Assembly: GCF_004010195.1 (NCBI RefSeq)
Contig: NC_057727.1
Location: 47,813,506-47,877,505, forward strand
Origin: Chiloscyllium plagiosum
Lineage: Eukaryota
Direction of reading: 5' to 3'
Length of the DNA stretch: 64,000 nucleotides
Position numbers and translations under genes: made by a program. The notes below the pieces were generated by a model that was not told where the DNA came from, did no database searches, and saw nothing but the letters and a program-made list of their open reading frames with translations. This document shows, piece by piece, positions 1-12,826 of this stretch (the stretch's first letter is position 1; every line of letters starts with the position of its first letter).

Positions 1-3000
1 CTAGTGGAGAGAGCAGGAGTCAGTTCTGAACTAGTGGAGAGAGCAGGAGGCTGTATCTGAGATAGTGGAGAGATCAGGAGGCAGTTCTGAACTAGTGGAG
101 AGAGCAGGAGTCAATATCGGAGCTAGTGCAGTGAGCAGCAGACAGTATCTGAGCTCGTGGAGCGAGCAGGAGTGAGTATCTGAGTTAGTTGTGAGATCAG
201 GGGTCTGTATCGGAGATAGTGGAGAGAGCAGGATACAGTATCTGAGCTAGTGGAGAGAGCAGGAGGCAGGATCTGAGCTTGTGGAGAGAGCAGGAGGCGG
301 GATCTGAGTTAGTGGAGAGTGCAGGAGTCAGTATCTGAGTTAGTGGAGAGAGCAGGAAACAGGATCTGAGCTAGTGGAGAGAGCAGGAGGCAGGATCTGA
401 GTTAGTGGAGAGAGCAGGAGTCAGTATCTGAGCTAGTGGAGAGAGCAGGAGGCAGTATCTGAGCTTGTGGAGAGAGTCGGAGAGGGGATCTGAGCTAATG
501 GAGAGAGCAGGAGGCAGGATCTGAGTTAGTGGAGAGAGCAGGAGTCAGTATCTGAGCTCGTGGAGAGAGCAGGAGGCAGTATCTGAGCTAGCGGAGGGAG
601 CAGGAGGCTGTGTCTGTGTGAGTGGCGAGAGCAGGAGTCAGTATCTGAGCTATTGTCGAGAGCAGGACGCAGTATCTGAGCTTGTGAAGAGTGCAGGAGT
701 CAGTATCTGAGCTCATCGTGAGTAAAGGAGCCAGTATCTGCGCTAGTGGAGAGAGCACGAGTCATTATCTGCGCTTGTGGAGAGAGCAGGAGGCAGTATC
801 TGAATTAGTGGAGAGAGCAGGAGGCTGTATCTGAATTAGTGGAGAGAGCAGGAGGCAAGATCTGAGCTAGTGGAGAGAGCAGGAGTCAGTATCGGAGCTA
901 GTGGAGAAAGCAGGAGGCAGTGTCTGAGTTAGTGGAGAGAGCATGAGGTAGTATCTGAATTAGTGGAGAGAGCAGGAGGCAGTATCTGAGCTATTGTCGA
1001 GAGCAGGACGCCGTATCTGAGCTTGTGAAGAGTGCAGGAGTCAGTATCTGAGCTAGTCGTGAGTGAAGGAGCTATTATCTGCGCTAGTGTAGAGAGCAGG
1101 AGTCATTATCTGCGCTCGTGGAGAGAGCAGGAGGCAGTATCTAAGTTAGTGGAGAGAGCAGGAGGCTGTATCTGAATTAGTGGAGAGAGCAGGAGGCAAG
1201 ATCTGAGCTAGTGGAGAGTGCAGTAGGCAGTATCTGAATTAGTGGAGAGTGCAGGAGGCAGTACCTGAGTTAGTGGAGAGAGCAGGAGGCAGTGTCTGAG
1301 TTAGTGGAGAGAGCATGAGGTAGTATCTGAAGTAGTGGAGAGAGTAGGAGACAGTATCTGAGTTATTGGAGAGAGCAGGATGCTGGGTCTGAGTTAGTGG
1401 AGAGAGCATGAGGCAGTATCTGAGCTAGTGGAGAGAGCAGGAGGCAGGATCTGAGTTAGTGGAGAGGAAAGGAGTCAGTATCTGAGCTAGTGGAGAAGCA
1501 AGAGGCAGTTTCTGAGCTCGTGCAGTGAGCAGGAGACAGTATCTGAGCTAGTGAAGAGAGCAGGAGTCAGTATCTGAGTTAGTGGAGTGAACAAGAGTCA
1601 GTATCTGCGCTAGTGGAGAGAGCAGGAGGCAGTATTTCAGTTAGTGGAGAGCAGGAGGCTGTGTCTAAGCTCGTGTGAGAGCAGGAGTCAGTATCTGAGC
1701 TATTGTCGAAAGCAGGACGCAGTATCTGAGCTTGTGAAGAGTGCAGGAGTAAGTATCTGAGCTAGTCGTGAGTAAAGGAGCCAGCATCTGCGCTATTGGA
1801 GAGAGCAGGAGTCGTTATCTGCGCTAGTGGAGAGAGCAGGAGACAGTATCTGAATTAGTGGAGAGAGCAGGAGGCAAGATCTGAGCTCGTGGAGATAGCA
1901 GGAGGCAATATCTGAGTTCGTGGAGAGAGCGGGAGGTCGTGTCTGTGTTAGTGGAGAGAGCAGGAGGCAGTGTCTGAGCTAGAGGAGAGAGCTGGAGGCA
2001 GGATCTGAGTTATTGGAGAGTAATGGGGGCAGTATCTGAGCGAGTGGAGAGAGCAGGAGGCTGTGTCTAAGTTAGTGGAGAGAGCAGGAAGCAGTATCTG
2101 AGCTCGAGGAGTGAGCAGGAATCAGTATCTGCGCTAGTGGAGAGAGTAGGAGGAAGTTCTGAACTAGTGGAGAGAGTACGAGTCAGTATCGGAGCGAGTG
2201 GAGAGAGTAGGATGCAGTATCTGAGTTAGTGCAGAGAGCACGAGGCAGAATCTGAACTAGTGGAGGGAGCAGGAATCAGTATCTGAGCGAGTGGAGAGAC
2301 CAGGAAGCAGTATCTGAGTTAGTGGACAGAGCAGGAAGCAGTTCTGATCTAGTGGACAGAGCTGGAGTCAGTATCGGAGCTTGTGGAGAGAGCAGGAGGC
2401 AGTATCGGAGCTAGTGGAGAGAGCAGGAGGCAGTGTCTGAGTTAGTGGAGAGAGCAGGAGGCAGTGTCTGAGTTAGTGGACAGTAAAGGAGACAGTGTCT
2501 GATTTAGTGGAGAGAGCAGGAGGCAGTATCTGAGAGAGTGGAGAGATCAGGAGGCAGTTCTGAACTAGTGGAGAGCAGGAGTCAGTATCGGAGCTAGTGC
2601 AGAGAGCAGGAGTCAGTATCTGAGCTCGTGGAGTGAGCAGGAGTGAGTATCTGAGTTAGTGGAGAGAGCAGGAGTCTGTATCGGAGATAGTGGATAGAGC
2701 AGGAGACAGTATCTGAGCTAGTGGAGAGAGCAGGAGGCAGGATCTGAGCTTGTGGAGAGCAGGAGGCGGGATCTGAGTTAGTGGAGAGTGCAGGAGTCAG
2801 TATCTGAGTTTGTGCAGAGAGCAGGAGACAGTATCTGAGCTAATGGAGAGAGCATGAGGCAGGATCTGAGCTTGTGGAGAGAGCAGGAGGCAGGATCTGA
2901 GTTAGTGGAGAGAGCAGGAGGCAGTATCTGAGCTAATGGAGAAAGCAGGAGGCAGTATCTGAGCTAATGGAGAGAGCAGGAGGCAGTATCTGAGCGAGTG

Positions 3001-4820
3001 GAGAGAGCAGGAGGCCGTATCTGAGCGAGTGGAGAGAGCAGGAGGCAGTATCTGAGCGAGTGGAGAGAGCAGGAGGCAGGATCTGAGCGAGTGGAGAGAG
3101 AGCAGGAGGCTGTGTCTAAGCTCGTGTGAGAGCAGGAGTCAGTATCTGAGCTATTGTCGAGAGCAGGACGCAGTATCTGAGCTTGTGAAGAGTGCAGGAG
3201 TCAGTATCTGAGCTAGTCGTGAGTAAAGGAGCCAGTATCTGCGCTAGTGGAGAGAGCAGGAGTCGTTATCTGAGCGAGTGGAGAGAGCAGGAGGCTGTAT
3301 CTGAGCGAGTGGACAGAGCAGGAGGCAGTATCTGAGTTAGTGGAGGGAGCAGAAGTCAGTATCTGAGCTGGTGCAGAGAGCAGGAGGCAGTATCTGAGCT
3401 ATTAGAGAGTAAAGTTGTCAGTATCTGCGCTAGTGGAGAGAGCAGGAGTCAGTATCTGCGCTAGTGGTGAGAGCAGGAGGCTGTGTCTAAGCTCGTGTGA
3501 GAGCAGGAGTCAGTATCTGAGCTATTGTCGAGAGCAGGACGCAGTATCTGAGCTTGTGAAGAGTGCAGGAGTCAGTATCTGAGCTAGTCGTGAGTAAAGG
3601 AGCCAGTATCTGCGCTAGTGGAGAGAGCAGGAGTCGTTATCTGAGCGAGTGGAGAGAGCAGGAGGCAGTATCTGAGCGAGTGGAGAGAGTAGGAGGCTGT
3701 ATCTGAGCGAGTGGACAGAGCAGGAGGCAGGATCTGAGTTAGTGGAGGGAGCAGAAGTCAGTATCTGAGCTGGTGCAGAGAGCAGGAGACAGTATCTGAG
3801 CTATTAGAGAGTAAAGTTGTCAGTATCTGCGCTAGTGGAGAGAGCAGGAGTCAGTATCTGCGCTCGTGGAGAGAGGAGGAGTCAGTATCTGCGCTAGTGG
3901 AGAGAGGAGGAGGCAGTGTCAGAGCTAGTGCAGAAGCAGGAGGCAGTATCTGAGCTCGTGGAGAGTAGGAGGCAGGATCTGAGTTAGTGGAGAGAGCAGG
4001 AATCACTGTCTGAGCTAGTGGAGAGAGCAGGTGGCAGTATCTGAGCTAGAGGAGAGATCATGAGTCAGTATCTGAGCTAGTGGAGAGAGCAGGAGGCAGT
4101 AGCTGAGTTAGTGGAGGGAGCAGAAGTCAGTATCTGAACTCGTGGAGAGAGCAGGAGGCAGTACCTGAGCTAGTGGAGAGATCATGAGTCAGTATCGGAG
4201 CTAGTGGAGAGAGCAGGAGACAGTATCTGAGTTAGTGGAGAGAGCAGGAGTCAGTATCTGAACTAGTGGAGAGAACAGGAGTCAGTATCTGAGTTAGTGG
4301 AGAGAGCAGGAGGCCGTTTCTGAACTAGTGGAGTGTGCAAGAGTCAGTATCTGCGCTAGTGGAGAGAGCAGGAGGCATGATCCGAATTAGTGGAGAGTAA
4401 AGGAGGTTGTATCTCAACTAGTGGAGAGAGCAGGAGGCTGTGCCTGAGCTAGTGGAGAGAGCTGGAGGCTGTATCTGAGCTAGTGGAGAGAGCAGGAGGC
4501 AGTATCTGAACTAGTGGAGAGAGCAGGAGGCAGTAACTGATCTAGTGGAGAGAGTAGGAGGCAGTATCTGAGCTAGTGGAGAGAGAAGGAGGCAGTATCT
4601 GAACTAGTGGAGAGAACAGGAGTCAGTATCTGAGCTCGTGGAGATAATAGGAGACAGTATCTGAGTTAGTGGAGAGAGCAGGAGACAGGATCTGAACTAG
4701 TGCAGAGAGCAGGAGACAGTATCTGAGCTAGTGTCGAGAGCAGGAAGCAGCATCTGAGTTAGTGGATTGAGTAGGAGGCACGATCTGCGTTAGTGGAGGA
4801 TAAAGGAAGCAGTATCTGAG
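1..4820. repeat. 31-bp tandem satellite/minisatellite (consensus CTAGTGGAGAGAGCAGGAGGCAGTATCTGAG), runs off the left edge
   Basis: Continuous head-to-tail ~31-bp monomers with scattered variants and a strongly purine-rich + strand; decays into unique sequence near 4820. Confidence 0.98.
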
Positions 4821-5024
4821 TTTGTTGATATTGCATCCCATTTCTCTCCAGTCTAACATTTTTCCCTCCTTCAAAATTTTATCAGTTTGCAGAACATAAT
4901 ATAATAATGCGAAGATTAGTTTATTTTTCATCGGCGGAGCGTGTAGTAAAAGAATTATTGGTAACACATCGACAAGTAGTCCAGGGGAAATGGACCGATG
5001 TTTTCAATGTTTCAAATTCTGCTG

Positions 5025-5058
5025 TATGTGTGTGTCTGTGTGTGTGTGTGTGAGAGAG
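5025..5058. repeat. (GT)n(GA)n microsatellite
   Basis: Directly visible. Confidence 0.9.
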
Positions 5059-6605
5059 AAATGGACCTAAAAATGATTGTTCAGGTAACGTATGGGCAAT
5101 TTAGATTTGCAATGTATGTATTAACTGTGTAGCATGGTTAAAATGTTGTGTGAAAAGTGTATCACCATCATAAAATAAAGCAAAACAAAGTGCATTGCTT
5201 TCATTTCATGAAACCGACAGGAAATAGCACTCTTTCGTTCAGAGATTAATGGAACCACATTTAAAAAGAGTAAAAAGCAGCCAAGAATTGCCAATAGAGC
5301 TCAGAGCACCTATTATCTTTCTGTGCAAACTCGTGCGTTCATGCATTGACTTCCCTTTCCCTGCCTAGCCTCATGTGTTTCTTGAACTAGATGTAGAAAT
5401 TTCATTTTGAAGACAAGGCTTAATGTTTTTGATCTATCTTAAACCCACTGCTCAACATAACAAATCGGCCAGAGGTAGAAGAAATCTTAAAATTCATGCA
5501 ATAAGATAATGCTTTTTAGATATAGTTAACCTTTCTAATATCATTTACCAATAGACTTATTTTTACATTGTAATTTTACTTGTGATTAAAACTTCCAGTA
5601 ACTCAAATAAATAAAGTTTTTTTATGTTTTAGTAGTTGTGATAAATATTTCCTTCAAGAAATTCAACAATTATAATTTAAGTTATTCTCGGTTGTATTCA
5701 GGAAATTATTGTTTATACTACAGTTGCATATCCATTTTCATTGCCTTCATTCATGAAAATTCAGAGTACAACAAACAAGTGCACCCGCTATAATAAACAG
5801 TGGAAGTCTGGAATCTTTTTAACATGTTCAAATTTCATTCTCAGTCTTGCAAAAGAAAGTGACGTTTGATTCTTTTAAATCCAAACTACTTGCTTACAAT
5901 AATTGCTTATACTTGATAGCATACACCTGGTTCAAAACACGCATATCAAATAGTCACAAAGAAATGATTAATGGATTAGATTTGAATGGATTATCCATTC
6001 AATGGCATATAATGTACATTGCTACCCTGAGAAGTTTCAAATCCCTATAATTTTGAATGTATGCCATGCACTTAATCTCTCTTTAATAGTGAGATGGTTG
6101 AACTAGGAAGAAATGTAGTAATGAACAATCCTAATTATGTATTAGGCATTTACATTATATTTATATCGATGAATGAAACTGCTATTGGAACTCCTTGATT
6201 TCTTTAGGTGAAGTCTAAAATTAAATTGCACAAACAGTAAGACATTGTTAGATGTATAACTGACTTTAGGTTTGAATAAATAACTTGCGTGGTCTCTGTG
6301 AAACAAAATGTTAATAAGCAACAAGCCATTCAAGGTGAATTTGCAAACTGCCTGTTTCAGGTTTTGTTTTTTTGGATGGTAAAGTTAGTAATAGCTTCAA
6401 TAGTCAGTTGCATTACATAACATAAGTACTATTTTCTGATTGCCATATTTTTACTGAATTTCATTGTTGCTTGATTTGAAAACCTAAAACTAATTATCAT
6501 TTAATTTGGCTTATTTTCATGCATATTGCCGGGTGGATTGTCTGTGAATATTTAATGACTTAATCAACGTACAAAACAGAGTTCAGACACATTTTCCATT
6601 CTAAG

Positions 6606-6687
6606 CCATTGACCAGGAAGGAGCTGCTTTGTGTGTTTGTAGTAGACATTGTAATGTAGGTAGGTTGATGCTGTTGGAAAATCTAGG
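6606..6687 (+). CDS. Candidate small internal exon (AIDQEGAALCVCSRHCNVGRLMLLENLG), host gene unidentified
   Basis: ttttccattctaag acceptor, GG|gtaagt consensus donor, open frame, phase 1 to 2; no recognised homology. Confidence 0.25.
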
Positions 6688-7489
6688 GTAAGTGAACTTC
6701 TAGTAAAAATAATGCTTAGTTTTTGACACATTTAATTGTCATGACATAGTACAATGTGGATGGAAAGAGGTGGAGATAAAGATAATTTAACATGGCATAA
6801 ATTTAAGAAATTGACTTCATAGAATAAGGTCACCTTCACTGCCCTTGTAAGGTCACTAATTCTTTTTACAACATTGAATCCAGATTTGTCGAATGGTTAA
6901 ATTAGTTGAATAAAAAATTCTTTGAGAATAGGAAATATGTAAGATTTAAAGTCTGCAAAAATTCAAATTCCAAACCTTTCTTTTTTGACTCGGAGGATAA
7001 AATTCAATTTGGCCTAAGTGAGGAAGTTGAGAGATGGGAGGGATCTGTAGAATCAGAGAGAGGAAGTAGGGTCTGCCAGTGCCTTAAAGATATTGCACTA
7101 TTATCTCAGGGACGTGGAAGATTTAGGACATTGTTCCTGCGGAGAGGTCAGTTGAGGCCTTTATGTGGCCAATTAAGGGACGTTAGTGGGCCTCTTTCTA
7201 TCACTGTTGGTGCAGTGGAACATTTTGCTAAGTGGAAGAGTATAAAATAAAAACCAACCCCTTTGTCTGTTGAAGGCTAACTTTTATGAGTTGGGTACCA
7301 TGTGGTGCAGGGAGAATTCTACCTATTGCATGACCAGCTAGTATGGAAACACACCTTTTTCTTCACCAATAACAACAACTGCCATCCTGTCAGGGCTTAC
7401 CTTGCTGGCCTCAATGACCTGGATCACAACTACCTACCTCTCCATATTATTGCTTCAGCCTGGATGCAGTCCCAGCAGTGGACAGTGCT

Positions 7490-7810
7490 GCCTGTGTCTA
7501 TCTCAACTTTAAATACAATTAATGACCCAGCCTCTAGCTCGATCTGCCTTAAAGAGTTTTATAGGTTCAGTACCCTCTGAGAGAAGAAATTTCTTCTCAA
7601 CTCTGTCTTAAATTGGTGACACCTTATTCTGAGATTATACCCCTCTGGTCTGAGATTCTCCTACAAGTGAGAGCAACTTTTCCACATCAACCCTGACAAG
7701 CCCAGCCAGAATCTTAAGTAATTCACTAACATAATCTACTCAACCTCTCCTCAGAGAGAAAAATAAATCCCCCCATATCTTAGATTGCCCTAGTGAACTT
7801 TCTTTGGTGC
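7490..7810 (-). mobile_element. CR1 LINE 3' ORF2 fragment, old
   Basis: accctctgagagaagaaatttcttctc is the antisense of the CR1 C-terminal RRNFFSQRV motif. Confidence 0.8.
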
Positions 7811-8619
7811 CAGCCCTCTTGTTGACTTTTGAACTTGGCATATTTTCCCCAAAGATGAATGATGGCCTCAATGTCAGACCATTTAATTGTCTGAAGGCCA
7901 CAAAATAGCTTCAGGACTCCCAGAAATGATGAAGGTTATGCTACTCCTGGATTTTCAGCTTGCTGTCAGGACTCCTTCCTGCTTACTTCACACACAGCCC
8001 TGAGAACATCCCAACTCCTGTTTCATTAATGCAGCTCTTGAAATTTAGTTGTAATAGTTGTGCTAGAGGTGAGGGCCTGCCTTTGGGATGGAAGGAAACT
8101 AAATCTACAGGTCAATGTTGCAATGTGCATGGAAAGAGATGAAAACAAGTGCGATTACATGGTCTGCTCATCACAAAGACTGGAATTGATGCCACAAAAT
8201 ATTTAACAACCTGGCCAGCCATGTTAGCATTACCCAATATAAAGTCAACTTCTTAAGTACTTGTGCAAGTAGAATTTTCTCATCTCCTATTACCTCTACC
8301 CCTCCCTTGTGCCCACACATGTCCTATTTCACAGTATGAAATTGTGCTCACAATTGTTCTCTAACAAAGATAAAAGGATTTATCTTAGTCTTTGTTCTTT
8401 TAAGTCTGTTAAAAATGAAAAAAAATGTTAGAGTGTGCATAGTCAACCTTAATGAATACGTCAATTCCAAAAGCTTCATGTTACTGCTTAGGGTTTTGTT
8501 TCTTTAAAATGATTATTTTAAACATGAGGGTATAGCTAGAAAAATGTATAGTTATATAAGCATAGTAATTTTAATTTAACTTTGTTCAATTAGAACATCT
8601 GCTGTAATATGAAACTCTT

Positions 8620-8708
8620 CGATGCAGAAACAGTTGCTGACTGACTTGTTGAGCATGTCCAATATGTTCTGTTTTTATTTCAGATTTCCAGTATTTTGCT
8701 TTTGTATT
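8620..8708 (+). mobile_element. Penelope-like 3' tail fragment, decayed, no ribozyme core
   Basis: tgctgactgacttgttgagc...ttctgtttttatttcagatttccag matches the tails at 12660, 36021 and 59905. Confidence 0.6.
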
Positions 8709-10084
8709 AGTGTTGTTTAGATGTATCTGTTGGCTTTATCTGGGGGCAATGGTGGATGTTTGATATCTAGGAAGTCCTTTTTGCCCTTTCAGGGATTAAA
8801 AAAAACACTGATTCTGACTTAATCAGGGGAGGCATTTTCTGAGAAAAAGATTATGTGAAGGCAGTGATAATTCAAATTGACCTTCTAAGGAACTATTCAA
8901 ATTACATAGGCTTCTAAAGTGGCAAGAAGATCAAAGAAAATTAATGCTAGTATTAAATATTACTGAAAAGGTTTCTTTTTACCAGATGACAAGGGATGAA
9001 CCCCTTGGTTGACAGCAGCAAAGATTTATGTTCTTTTTGCACACAGCTTTACCTCACTCCAGTTAGAATGGAGGGGGTGCTCCTCATCCTTCTAGAGCAC
9101 CCTTAACAAGATAACACATTCCCACTTCTCCCCCACTGTTTTAAGCACCTTAAAAAAAAGTAATGAATCCTGCTCTTCTCAAACAGCATTGAACCTACAA
9201 TGAAATTACTTAGCCTTATATCGTCTTGTGAAATTACAAACACTTTTCTTTCCTGCAACTTCAGGCTGTTCTTTGTTTCAAAATTTAGAGACAGAAGATT
9301 GAAATGACTTTACAAATTGACAATTCAACACATCTTATTCACTCTTTATGCTAATTTGTGTTGCATCAATAATCTCGAAAACATCCCATGACCTCTGTCA
9401 AATGGGTACTCCAAGTGTCAACACTTGTAAGTGCTCCTTTAAGAGTATTCATTCAAAACATATATTTCCCTGTAATGCAATATCTTGGTCCATGGTAACT
9501 TGAGAATTAATGTATGGCTTCCTGACAATTCAATTCTGTTACCTGTTGTTACCTGAGAGAAAATATCAGGCAAATTTCCTTTCTTTAGTCTCCTACAATA
9601 GACTGTATTTGCTAGTATTTAATATTAATTGGATAATTTGTAACAAATATGCACTCCTTTAAGGTGCAGAAACTTCACAAAACTGTTCCAAACATGGCTA
9701 ACAAGGGGAGTTAAATGCAGTGTTCGATCAAAGGAAAAAACTTATGTTGTCAAATAGAGCAGTAAGTCAGAGGTTTGGTAGTAATTTGGGATTCAATCCA
9801 GGAGCAAGAAATGAATAAGGAAAGATAGAAGAGCTAGAGACAGGCAAAATCATAATGGACAACAAGGAAATGGAAGAGATATTAGATAAATACTTTTTGA
9901 TTCTCATACTGGGAAGACTTCCGGTATTTTTATTCCTTGCCAATGATGGTCCGAACAATCAGTATCCTCTTCTCATGCTGTACAAATGATGTTTCTTCAG
10001 TCAAGTCTACATCCTGGTTCTGATGAGTTCATGATGAAAATCTTCCACTTGTTGTCTCCTTTTAGCAGTATTTAAGGTACATAC

Positions 10085-10465
10085 TGATATACGAGTAAGG
10101 AGCAGGAGTAGGCCATTCAGCCCCCTGAACTTGCTTGGCCATTAAATAAGATTATGGCTGACATGATTGCAGTCTCAAATCAACATTCCCACATCTCTAC
10201 GACTTTTGCTCCTTTGCTTACCAAAGTTCTATCCACCTCTATCCTGACAATATTCAAAGCCTCTGCTTCCAAAACCTCTTGAGGAAGAGAGTTTCAAAGA
10301 TCTTCAACTCTCTGAGAGAAAACAAATATTTTCTCATCTCTGCCTGTAATGAGCAGCTGCTTGTTTTTAATTGGTGATCCCTAGTTCTAGATTCTCTCTT
10401 AAGATCAAACATTCTTTCCGTATCTGCCCTGCCAAGCTTCTTAGAACCTTCTGTGTTTCAATCAA
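10085..10465 (-). mobile_element. CR1 LINE 3' end
   Basis: ggagcaggagtaggccattcagcccc is the antisense CR1 3' terminal stem-loop, followed by antisense ORF2 C-terminus. Confidence 0.85.
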
Positions 10466-11019
10466 ATCAAAACAAATCCCCTGGGCTTGACAACTTATAC
10501 CATTGGGTTTTAATAAAAGTTCCTGCAGAGATAGTGGTTTTGATCTTCCAGGATTCCTTAGATCCTAGAACTGTTCCCAAGGATTAATAGACAGTAAAAA
10601 TAACAGTGCTTTTGAAGAAAAGGAGGAAGAAAGAAATTGGGAAATATAAGACTGTTGGCCTAATATCAATAGTAAAGACAACTTCAAAATCTATTATTCG
10701 AGGCATGGTAACAGGGCACTTAAAAAATCTTAATATGGTTAAGCAGAGTCAATAAGCATTTATGAAAGCATTTTTAAAAATAAATCTGTTCATTTTGTTT
10801 TGGAAGCAACTAATAAGATGAATAAGGGTGAATAGGATGAATAAGGGTGAACCAGTGGACATAGTACATTTTCAGAAAACAATTGCTAAAGTGGCACTTG
10901 GGAGGTTATTAGACTAAATTAGGATTTGTAGTTGGGGTTAATGTCTTATTAAGAATTGAAAATTGTTTAATCAACAAGAATTAAGGGCGGCAGAAAATTG
11001 TTTAATCAACAAGAATTAA

Positions 11020-11327
11020 GGGCGGCACCGTGGCACAGTGGTTAGCACTGCTGCCTCACAGCGCCAGAGACCCGGGTTCGATTCCCGCCTCAGGCGACTG
11101 ACTGTATGGAGTTTGCACATTCTCCCCGTGTCTGCGTGGGTTTCCTCCGGGTGCTCCGGTTTCCTTCCACAGTCCAAAGATGTGCAGGTCAGGTGAATTG
11201 GCCATGCTAAATTGCCTGTAGTGTTAGGTAAGGGGTAAATGTAGGGGTATGGGTGGGTTGTGCTTCGGCGGGTCGGTGTGGACTTGTTGAGCCAAAGGGC
11301 CTGTTTCCACACTGTAATGTAATCTAA
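11020..11327 (+). mobile_element. HE1 SINE (shark V-SINE), full length, young
   Basis: tRNA-like head (A box TGGCACAGTGG, B box GGTTCGATTCC), V-domain GGAGTTTGCACATTCTCCCCGTGTCTGCGTGGGTTTCCTCCGGGTGCTCCGGTTTCC, CR1-type tail GGGCCTGTTTCCACACTGTAA; many CpGs intact. Confidence 0.95.
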
Positions 11328-11521
11328 AATTGACAGCAGGGATAAATGGGACATATTGGGCCTGGCAGTTTATTACTACCAGGGGACAGTAGGGACTGAT
11401 TATTAGCATTTTCTTGAGAGGACTGAGTACAATGTATTTAAGTTTGCTGCTGATAAAAAAAAGATTAAAATAAATAGCCAGATAGATGTAAAGAGGCTTT
11501 GGGGATGTAATCAGGTTGAAC

Positions 11522-12305
11522 ATAATCTTTTCCTATACCTGGGAATGGGAAGAGAGGCAGGTGAGTGAACTTACTTCAATGGGAGGACAAAGATCAGAAT
11601 CCAACATTCAATGAAATTTTGCAATTAACTTCTTGTAGCTTTAAAGGTGTGTCAATTTTCCTGATGCATTGAGCAAGCGCTTATACATGCATTTACATCT
11701 CATGAATGCTCATAAAAATGCCAACTCATCAGAATTAAGTTGCCCAAGAGTGAGCTATAAATGCCTTCTCATTCCAGACTGTATTTAAGAGGTATGCAGC
11801 AGCTAAGGTGCTGGACTTTAGGGTGAGTTAGGGTGAGTTGGCATACCGTGATTGAGGTAAGTTAACAGTAGTCTACATCCACAACCATGGGTGGATGACT
11901 GAAAAAAGGAGGCTGGAGTGTATTGGATACAGAACAGGAGGCTAGTCAAGGGTAGACATCTGTCTCTCCAAGGAGCTAAGGTGACTGAGGAAGGATAGAA
12001 TAGCCAGAATGTTTCACTGCAGGTGTCCATTCCCAGACCAGAATGGAGTTCCTGGCTAGTAGGACGTGAATAGCTTTCTAGGTACTCTTTAGATATGGCA
12101 CGAAATCCTTCAATCCTGAAAGGTAGAAGCCGAGCAAGGAGTTCCACTCCACCATGCCCCAAGTTTCACCGGCTACTTACACATAAATACATTGTGAGCT
12201 GAGAATAGTGTGACTGTGTGAGAGAAGCCAACATGTCTAAGTGGAAGTGACACTCACATTTTTGTCCTATGCTGAACCTAGACTCAGAAATGGAAAATTC
12301 TACCA
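11522..12305 (+). mobile_element. Probable Harbinger-type DNA transposon fragment inserted in CR1
   Basis: ~790 bp interrupts two adjacent CR1 RT motifs; right end ggaaaattctacc resembles other TIR-like ends in the window; weak resemblance to a HARBI1-like N-terminus. Confidence 0.4.
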
Positions 12306-12659
12306 TTGGAGATGTGGAAGAAGGTGGCAGACGCAATATAATGTGAGTAAATGTGACGTTATCCACTTTGGCAGGAAAAGTAATGAAACAGGATATTTTT
12401 GACAAGAGATTGGGAAATGTTTGAATTCAGAAGGACCTTGGTATTCTTTGTAAATGAATCATAAAGTGATAACATATGGATACAACAACAAGTAGGAAGG
12501 CAAATAGTATGCAAACTTCTTTCCCAAAGAGATTAAAGTATAAGAGTAAAGAAGTCTTACCATAGTTACACAGGGAATTGGTCAGTCCACACTTGGAGTG
12601 TTGCTCTCTTTATCTAAACAGGGCATACTTGTCCTAGAGGATGTAAATCTTTTCATCAA

Positions 12660-12826
12660 GATAAATACAACTTTATTGGAGGTGCCAGCAGTTCTGAAAA
12701 AGAGTCACTGCACTCAATATGTTAACTCTGTTTTCTTTCCACAAATGCTTCCAGAGCTACTGAGTTTCTCCAGCAATTTCTATTTTTTTTTCTGATTTTC
12801 AGCACCTGCAGCTTTTTGTTTTATTT
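12660..12826 (+). mobile_element. Penelope-like 3' tail with decayed hammerhead core
   Basis: ctgaaaaagagtcactgcactcaatatgttaac (degenerate CTGAAGA-A-GAGTC..GACTC-GAAACGTT) followed by the PLE tail. Confidence 0.75.

Noticed and set aside
1-4820. CRISPR array or repetitive coding region
   Set aside because: Monomers are contiguous with no unique spacers; the 31-bp period and frequent stop codons exclude coding; the context is eukaryotic
11020-11092. tRNA gene (also the heads at 21522, 15493 and 55263)
   Set aside because: These continue into SINE bodies and lack a clean cloverleaf
11016-11354. 112-aa ORF (CGRKPEHPEETHADTGRMCKLHT)
   Set aside because: Antisense reading of the HE1 SINE
11818-11837. 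Telomere-like TTAGGG motifs
   Set aside because: Only two copies within a 10-bp duplication; not an interstitial telomere array
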